This document shows, piece by piece, positions 56,101 to 64,000 of a stretch of 64,000 nucleotides of DNA. A model generated the notes under the pieces. The model saw only the letters and a list, made by a program, of their open reading frames with translations. It did no database searches and was not told the DNA's origin. The position numbers and the translations under genes were made by a program. This stretch comes from Anaeramoeba ignava BMAN (taxonomy: Eukaryota > Protista > Anaeramoebae). How positions within the stretch are numbered: the stretch's first letter is position 1; each line of letters opens with the position of its first letter. The DNA is taken from the NCBI GenBank assembly GCA_028826165.1, contig JAPDFW010000115.1, forward strand, positions 62,001-126,000. Direction: 5' to 3'.

Positions 56101-59100
56101 GGGTATTGATAATAATTCATTGATAGAATAAGAAAGGAAACTTCTTGATTCAATTTTGATATTGAAGATTAATTCTATTATTTTTGAATAAGCACCAACA
56201 AAATCATTTAAAATTGTTAATATGTTTGATTCATTTAAAATTCTTTTCATTTTTTCCTCTTTTTCTGAAGATTGATTTTTATGTTGTTTTTCAAGTGATT
56301 TAATTAATAATTCAATTACTTGATTTGAAAAAGATTCAGTTCCAATTTCAGAAGTTTTTTTTGTTTGTTCTTCTTTTTTTTCATCTTTTTGAGTTTCATT
56401 TTGTATTCTATTTGCAATTAAAATAATTCTTGGTTTTGAATTTCCTTTTGGTTGAGTTACTCTGCATGTTTTTGAGACTGCTTTAATAAAGATTTGAGGA
56501 TCTCTTGCAATCAATTTGGAATAATTTCTAACAAATGTAGAAGGATCAACAGTATAATTTGTAATTTCTCCATTTTGATCAGTCAAATATAAAGTTGGGA
56601 ATGAATTGATAATTTCTTTTTCCATTGCATTTTGTAAAGTAATTGGATCTTCCATTATACTTCTAATAATTGATTTTGTCAATTCAAACAATCCATCGAA
56701 AAAGTTTTGGTGTTCAATTTCTAAATTAATTATAAGTTCCAAACCACCTAATTTTGTAAAAAGAGAAGCATAATCAAAATGATAAACCATTTTGGATATA
56801 AATTGTAAAAGAGCTTGAATTCCAAGAGCATCTGATTTTATTTTCAAAAGATTAATAGAAATATCAATAAATCTTTGTTTGTAATTTGAATCCAAAATAA
56901 ATTTCACAGCTTTTTGTTGTTGTTCATCTTCCATTGTTTCAATTTGTTCTGGGATTTTCAAAATATGAGGAAATAAAACTTCAAGTAATAATAAAGAAGA
57001 AGTAACAAAAGGTTCCCAAATTAATGTTTTCTTTTCTGAATCAGTAATTGAAATTGTGGGTTCTGATGTATATGATTGAATAAATTTATCCAGTATTGAA
57101 CACAATGTTTCAACAATTCCATCTTGTATTGAGATCATGATTAATTGTTCATTCTGTTCTTTTTGTTTCATAATTTCAATATCTTCTTTTGAATCAACTT
57201 TGTAATTTGGATAACTATAAGGTGATCTTGGTCTGACTTTTGCTTCTGAAGATTGTTGTTCTTGATAATTTAAAAACAGAAGTAAAAATTGAATGAAATT
57301 CTCCATTTTACCAATTTTTGGCCATTGTTCAAGATGTTTTTTAATTCTATTATGTAAATCTGAGATTATTGAAATGTAATAAACATTTGCTTCTTTTTTT
57401 CTTAAACTGTGATTTTTGATAATTTTAGAAATTGGTTCTTCTAATTCACCAAAATTTCTAGCTTCAAGAATTTCAAAAAGTTGTGAAACAAGATTATTTT
57501 CTATTGAATTAATTTGACTAATTTCATCTTGATCTTGGTCTTGTTTTTGTTGTTCTTGTGTTTCATCTTCTGCATTTTGTTGAAGAGACATTTTAAGAGC
57601 CTTTTCAAGTTCAGATTCTTCAAGAGTTTTTGAAACATCTTCTGTAATAGGATTATTCAAAATCCACTCTGTTGCTGCTTCAATATCATCACCACCAACT
57701 TGTCTTAATCCCTCTTCTGCTCTTTCTCTTGGAAATCCCATATCAACCATAATTTCAACAAGTTGTGGATTTACATAACTTCTTTGTCTACTTGGATATA
57801 AAAATGAGTTGAATTGATTCACTAGAGTTTTGCTTTCTGTTTTGGTTTTTAATTTCTCAAAAACTTCCTCATTAGTTCCTTCAAGTGCTGTATCAAGCAT
57901 AGATAAAATACTGTTCAAAAATTTATAAGGTGCAACACTTAGCTCTTTTTTCCCCCAAACTAATGCTAGGAAATTATTTGTTACTTTGTTTTGAATAATT
58001 TTCATGAAGTTCTTCTCATCAAATTTTTGTTTTAAATTTGGAAATTCAAAATTTTTTAATGAGGATGTTATTGGTGAAGAAACAAATTTTTGAGTTGAGA
58101 TCATTTGTTGAATTGAATTGATAAATTTTTCTATTGTGTTGTCAAATAGAATTTGATGTTGGCGAGTAATATTTTCTGTTTTGGGTTTTTCTTGTAAATT
58201 TTGATCTGGAATGTTTTCATTATTTGAAATTGTTTCTTTTGGTTCAGAAACGAAAAATGGGGTTTGTTTAACTAATTCGTTTAGAATTTTGATTAAAAAT
58301 TCAAAACATCCATTTTGATAAACAAGAACAAGTAATAAAGAATTGAATATTTCAGGAAGATGAAGAGCGGGAACAGAAGGATTCATAAACGATTTAAAAC
58401 GATCCAAAAAGGAAAATAGATAATATAATTCAGAATAAGACATTGAAGAAAGTTGAGAATTTCTGTGTGAATTGAAGAATTGAGTTGAAGTTTCTAAATT
58501 TTGTGAAATTTGTTGAGCTAATAAAATAACAGGTTTTGGTGGTGATTTACTTTCTTGAGCAATTGCAGGATTAAAAGAAGATATAACAATATGATTTAAT
58601 CCTGAAAAGAAATCAATTAAAGATGATTTAAGTTGGTTTCTGATCATTATTTGATTTTTATCTTCTTTAATTTTATCTTTTTCTTCTTTTTCTTCTTTTA
58701 ATTTTTTTTCCATTCTTTTCTTGTTTTTTTCTTCCTTTTCATTACAATTTATCCATTCAATTTGATCCAATAAATTTGAAAATGATAAACATAATTCAAG
58801 AGCTTTTGGTTTTGTCCATTCTGTTAATAATGTAAGTGGAGAACCATCTCTTATACTGTGATAAGAAGCTTGTTTAACTAAATCAGAAAGTAATTGAACA
58901 AGACTTGTAAATCTCGAAAGTTGATTTTTAGAATCTGTTTTGAGAAGAAATTCAGAATCAATATTTAATTTTTTAAGTTGTTCAAGTGTTTGATTAACAA
59001 GAACTTGAGAAACTTCTGAAATTTTTTGAGATCCAATATTTTGGAATAAACGATTGAAAAATTCAGTTCCTGTTGATAAGAAAAAGTTTGTTGGAACTTC

Positions 59101-61484
59101 ATCTGAAAGTAAAATATTCAAGAAGAAAACAAGTCCTCTTTTTTGTATGAACATGTTTGTGTGATTGTATGAAACTAGAAATCTTTCAAGGAATTGAGAA
59201 ATGTTTTCAATATAACCTCCAATATAAGTTTCAACTATTGAATCAACTTCTTCTTTGGGTTTTTCTTTGTTTTGTTCTCTAATAGTATTTGAATATATTC
59301 CTTGGTAAATGTATTTGATCATTTCAATAATCATATTAATCATTGGTTCAAGAATTTCTGGAAGATATTGAACAACAAATTCAAAATTCAATCCTAATTC
59401 TGTTAGTGTTCTTTTTGATAAAATTGGCAAATATTTATAATCAACAAGACAAGATAAAATTGGTTGGTAAATCTTTGATGCTTTGATGAAAATCTGGCCT
59501 TGTTCATGTGAAGTGAGTCTATTGAGAATTCTTGAAAGAGTTATTAAAGAATTTGAAGAGTTTGGAACTATTTTATGAATTAATGAAGAAAGATTTTTGA
59601 ATATTCCTGCAGATATTGTAAGTGGGATATATAAAGGTTGAGCAATAATTTGATAAAGAATTTCAATAACTGTTGTGAATAAATTAGGGTTTTTTTCACA
59701 TAATTCATGATTTAATAAAATTTCATTGATTTGTTTTTTCATTGGAGAGTTTGTAATAAATTCATCAATTTCTGTATCATTTTGTGGGAGTAAATGAGAG
59801 ATTAATTTGAAAGACATTTCCAAACATTTGATTCTTTTTTGGCTGATTAATTGTGCTTTTGAATCTGAAATTTCCTTTTGTAAATTTACGAAATCTGTTT
59901 CAATTCTTTTAAGAACATCTGTATAAAAATTTCTTTGAATAAAATATTGAACAGCATTTGTATTTCTATTCAATAAAAAGAACCAAATCTCAATAAAATT
60001 TGTGATTATTGGTAAAATTTCTGGATTTTCATCTTTGATTAAATTAATAGTCCCAAGAATCCATTGACTTTCATTTGTAAATAATAAAATTGCATTTGGA
60101 GTTTTTGTAATCATGAGAATAAATTTGGATAATTTTTTAAGGAATCTAAAATTATATATTGGATCTTCTTTTAATTGATCTTCAAGATCTGCCATTAAAT
60201 ATTCCATTAAACCTGGAATTGTTTTTGTATCAATAACCTCTATTCTTGATGTAAATCCTGCTTTTTCAATAATTTCAGCTTGTAAAAAGGCATGTCTATA
60301 AATTGACATGAGTATTTGAATTGATAAAAATCTTAAATCCTAAATTTAATTTAAATAAATTTAATTTACAATTAAAAAAACAAATTATTATTTATTATTT
60401 TTTTTACATTTTCAATTTTATAATCTGTTAAAGCAAGTGAATAAAGTTCTTGAACTAAATCAGGATAATTTTTTGAGATTTGTTTAATATAAGGATTATT
60501 TTGAGATGAAATTGAGAATAAAGTTTCAAAAGCTATTAATTTTGTTTTGAAATTTTGTTTCATTCCATCAACACCTTTTTGGAAGCTTTTGAATCTATTA
60601 TAATACTGATGAATTATTGGGAAAAAATATTCAGGAAGATTTTGTGTTTCTGATAAATTTTTTAGTTCATCAATTTCTGAAAACCAATTTGAAAAATTAA
60701 GTTGAATTTGTTGTAAAAGTTTTTCTTGATCTTTTTCTTCTTCTTTTTTGATAACAAATGAGAAATTCATTAAACTAGAATCAGTAATTAACTAATAATT
60801 AAAAAAAAAATAAATATTAATAATTGAAAAAAGATGAAATGTTTTTTTTTTTTACTTCTTTTTGCATTTTTAAATTTTCATCAATTTTTGCAAAATCTAA
60901 AAATGTAAATTTATGCACTTCATTTGTAATTAATGATATTTGAGAATATGTAAATAAAGATGAAAACAATTCATTTTGCCAAATTTTTGTAAATGAAGGA
61001 TTTTTTGAAAATTGAGCAGAAAAATTAGAATTTGAAGGTGAAATTTTTGAATAAAGAACTTTAACTAATTCTAAAACATAATCAGCAAAAGGTTCTCCAA
61101 TATCAAGTAATCTTTTAATATATTCTTCTGAATTGTATATTCCAATGTGTGTTTTTGATTTTTTAAGGATTTGTTTTGTAAATTTTAGAACTCCAATTAT
61201 TAATTCTTTATTAAATTGTTCAATGTTTGTTAAATTTTCAATAAATGATTCTTTAAGTTTTTCTTTTTCAAAAATTTCATCAAATTTGTTTAAAACTTCT
61301 ATCCATCCAAAAATATCAATCTATTTTTTTTTTCCAAATAAAAATTAACAAAAATAATAAAAATAAAAATAAAATTTTTTTTTACTTCTTTAAATGGGAA
61401 TTTTTCATTTAAAATTTGAATAAATTCTTGAGAGTTTGAATCTAAACTTAAAATTTTTTTGATAAATTCTTGTTCTTCCAATGT
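50200..61484 (-). CDS. HUWE1: HUWE1/Tom1/UPL1-like giant HECT E3 ubiquitin ligase, 5' end outside the window. Exons 61386-61484, 60856-61320, 60408-60791, 50200-60339 (frameshifted repeat zone ~53940-54530)
   Basis: DUF908-like IDIFGWIEVLNKFDEIF; UBA (MVDMGFPRERAEEGLR...AATEWIL); UIM (EESELEKALKMSL); UBMs (LAELPEDIRNEVI, DNATFVASLPQDLRREV); HECT LLDFDNKRKYF...LPTAHTCFNQLDLPEY...GFGFV*. All four acceptors and three donors are phase 0 and in frame. Confidence 0.9.
53740..54530 (-). repeat. Coding minisatellite (KDEI/KDET/KTEI) within the HUWE1-like disordered region, with frame breaks
   Basis: Repeated tttcatcttttat units on the + strand. ORFs 54469-60309, 54159-54491 and 50200-53952 all translate it as KDEIK-type repeats but are separated by stops or frame shifts. 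Confidence 0.8.
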
Positions 61485-64000
61485 CTAAGCAAAAAAAGGA
61501 ATTTTATTTATAATTTTTTTAATATTATTTTAATTTTTTTAATATTATTTTATTTTTTTTAATATTGATTTTAATTTTGATTTTGATTTTGATTTTGATT
61601 TTGATTTTGATTTTGATTTTGATTTTGATTTTGATTTTAATTTTAATTTTGATTTTGATTTTGATTTTAATTTTGATTTTAATTTTAATTTTGATTTTTA
61701 TTTTGATTTTTATTTTGATTTTAATTTTAATTTTAATTTTGATTTTTTTAATTTTAATTTTAATTTTAATTTTAATTTTTAATTTTTAATTTTATTTATA
61801 TTTTTATTTATATTTTAATTTATATTTTAATTTTATAATTTAATTTATAATTTTATTTTAATTTTATAATTTTATTTTATTTAATTTAATTTATAATTTA
61901 ATTTATAATTTTATTTATAATTTTATTTATAATTTTATTTTAATTTTTTAATTTATAATTTATTTATAATTTAATTTATAATTTAATTTATAATTTTATT
62001 TATAATTTTATTTATAATTTTATTTATAATTTTATTGAATTTATTTATAATTTAATTTATAATTTTATTTATAATTTTTTATAATTTATTTTTAATTTTT
62101 ATTTATAATTTTATTTATAATTTTATTTATAATTTTATTTATAATTTTATTTTAATTTAATTTATAATTTTATTTATAATTTTATTTATAATTTTATTTA
62201 TAATTTTATTTATAATTTTATTTATAATTTAATTTTATTTTATTTATAATTTCAATTTTTTAATTTATAATTTTATTTATAATTTTATTTATTTAATTTA
62301 TAATTTTATTTATAATTTTTATTTATAATTTTATTTATAATTTTATTTATAATTTTATTTATAATTTTAATTTATAATTTTATTTATAATTTTATTTATA
62401 ATTTTTATTTATAATTTTATTTATAATTTTATTTATAATTTTATTTATAATTTTATTTATTTTTATTTTTAATTTTTATTTATAATTTTATTTATAATTT
62501 TATTTATAATTTTATTTATATTTTATTTATAATTTTATTTATAATTTTATTTATAATTTTATTTATAATTTAATTTATAATTTTATTTATAATTTTTATT
62601 TATAATTTAATTTATAATTTTATTTATAATTTTATTTAATTTTATTTATAATTTTATTTATAATTTTATTTTAATTTTTATTTATAATTTTATTTATAAT
62701 TTTATTTTTTTTATTTTTATAATTTTATTTATTTATTTTATTTTAATTTTTATTTATAATTTTATTTATATTTTATTTATAATTTTATTTATAATTTTTA
62801 ATTTATAATTTTATTTATAATTTTAATTTATTTTAATTTTTATTTTTTTATAATTTTATTTATAATTTTATTTATAATTTTATTTATAATTTTATTTATA
62901 ATTTAATTTATAATTTATAATTTTATTTTATTATTTTTGTAATTTATAATTTAATTTATAATTTTATTTATAATTTTATTTATAATTTTAATTTTATTTT
63001 AATTTTTATTTATAATTTTATTTATAATTTTATTTATAATTTTTATTTATAATTTATTTTATTTATATTTTTTTAATTTTATTTTAATTTATTTATAATT
63101 TTATTTATAATTTTTATTTTTAATTTTATTTTATTTAATTTTTATTTATAATTTTAATTTTTATTAATTTTTAATTTTATATAATTTTATTTTAATTTTA
63201 TTTATAATTTTATTTATAATTTTATTTATAATTTTAATTTATAATTTTTATTTATAATTTTTATTTATAATTTTTATTTATAATTTTATTTATAATTTTA
63301 TTTATAATTTTATTTATATTTTATTTTATAATTTTATTTATTTTTTATTTATAAATTTTTATTTATAATTTTATTTTATAATTTTATTTATATTTAATTT
63401 ATATTTATAATTTTATTTATAATTTAATTTATAATTTTATTTTATAATTTTATTTATAATTTAATTTATAATTTTAATTTATAATTTTATTTATTTATTT
63501 TATTTATTTAATTTAATTTAAATTTATAATTTTAATTTTATTTTTAATTTATAATTTTATTTATAATTTAATTTATAATTTTTAATTTATAATTTTATTT
63601 ATAATTTGATTTTATTTTTATTTATAATTTTATTTATAATTTATTTATATTTTATTTTATTTTTTTATAATTTTATTTATAATTTTATTTATAATTTTAA
63701 TTTATAATTTTATTTATAATTTAATTTATAATTTTATTTATAATTTTAATTTATAATTTAATTTATAATTTTTTTATTTAATTTAATTTATAATTTAATT
63801 TTTAATTTTAATTTATATTTTTAATTTATAATTTTTTATAATTTTTATTTATAATTTAATTTTTATTAATTTTTAATTTTAATTTTATTTATAATTTTAT
63901 TTTTTAATTTTATTTATAATTTTATTTATAATTTTATTTATAATTTTATTTTTTATTTATATTTATTTTTAATTTTAATTTTATTTTTTTTTATTTTTAT
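61485..64000 (-). repeat. >2.5-kb satellite intron of the HUWE1-like gene: (AAAATC)n followed upstream by ~12-mer (TTATAAATAAAA)n
   Basis: Acceptor TTAG at 61485-61488 precedes an in-frame exon that has no ATG. The remaining sequence is almost pure A/T satellite. Confidence 0.75.

Noticed and set aside
319-61484. Inteins, transposases or RNA genes
   Set aside because: No Hint-domain (C...HN), DDE or RT motifs, and no tRNA/rRNA-like GC-rich structured segments, were recognised by eye. A covariance or HMM search was not possible.
61560-64000. Telomeric or centromeric satellite
   Set aside because: It has no G-rich telomere unit. It begins at a splice acceptor of an ATG-less HUWE1-like exon and matches the other satellite introns.

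Overview
Extremely AT-rich, gene-dense eukaryotic (protist) DNA with GT-AG spliceosomal introns. No rRNA, tRNA, CRISPR array or recognisable transposase was found. The style (short intergenic gaps, microsatellite-filled introns, expanded ankyrin-BTB and RCC1 families, an NPSN SNARE) suggests an AT-rich amoeboid protist such as Anaeramoeba; this is inference only. I built about 15 gene models by hand. In order: a partial RCC1-like gene; a beta-propeller/FN3 type-I membrane protein; a divergent alpha-tubulin with a hidden last exon; a metallophosphoesterase; a 7-exon WIP/verprolin-like WH2-SH3 gene with five micro-exons; a tentative chimeric coiled-coil gene; an ankyrin-BTB-BTB gene; a 7-exon CH-RasGAP-PH gene; a coiled-coil-PH gene; an NPSN-type Qb-SNARE; a PH-LRR gene; three tandem ankyrin-BTB-BTB genes; and a HUWE1/Tom1-like HECT ligase whose first exon lies outside the window. 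The most striking system is the ankyrin-BTB-BTB family. Its four paralogues share a conserved double-BTB C-terminus but carry about 10, 18, 21 and 88 shuffled ankyrin repeats. The family also shows a higher-order 37+33 aa punctuation module, probable coding (DNK)n leaders, chimeric ends and (GTTT)n-bounded duplication cassettes, which fits a diversifying Cullin-3 adaptor repertoire. A second theme is the intron architecture: A-rich, almost G-free satellite introns, frequent AAG acceptors and symmetric polyproline micro-exons. Some frameshifts and stops lie in homopolymers or satellites and may be assembly errors.
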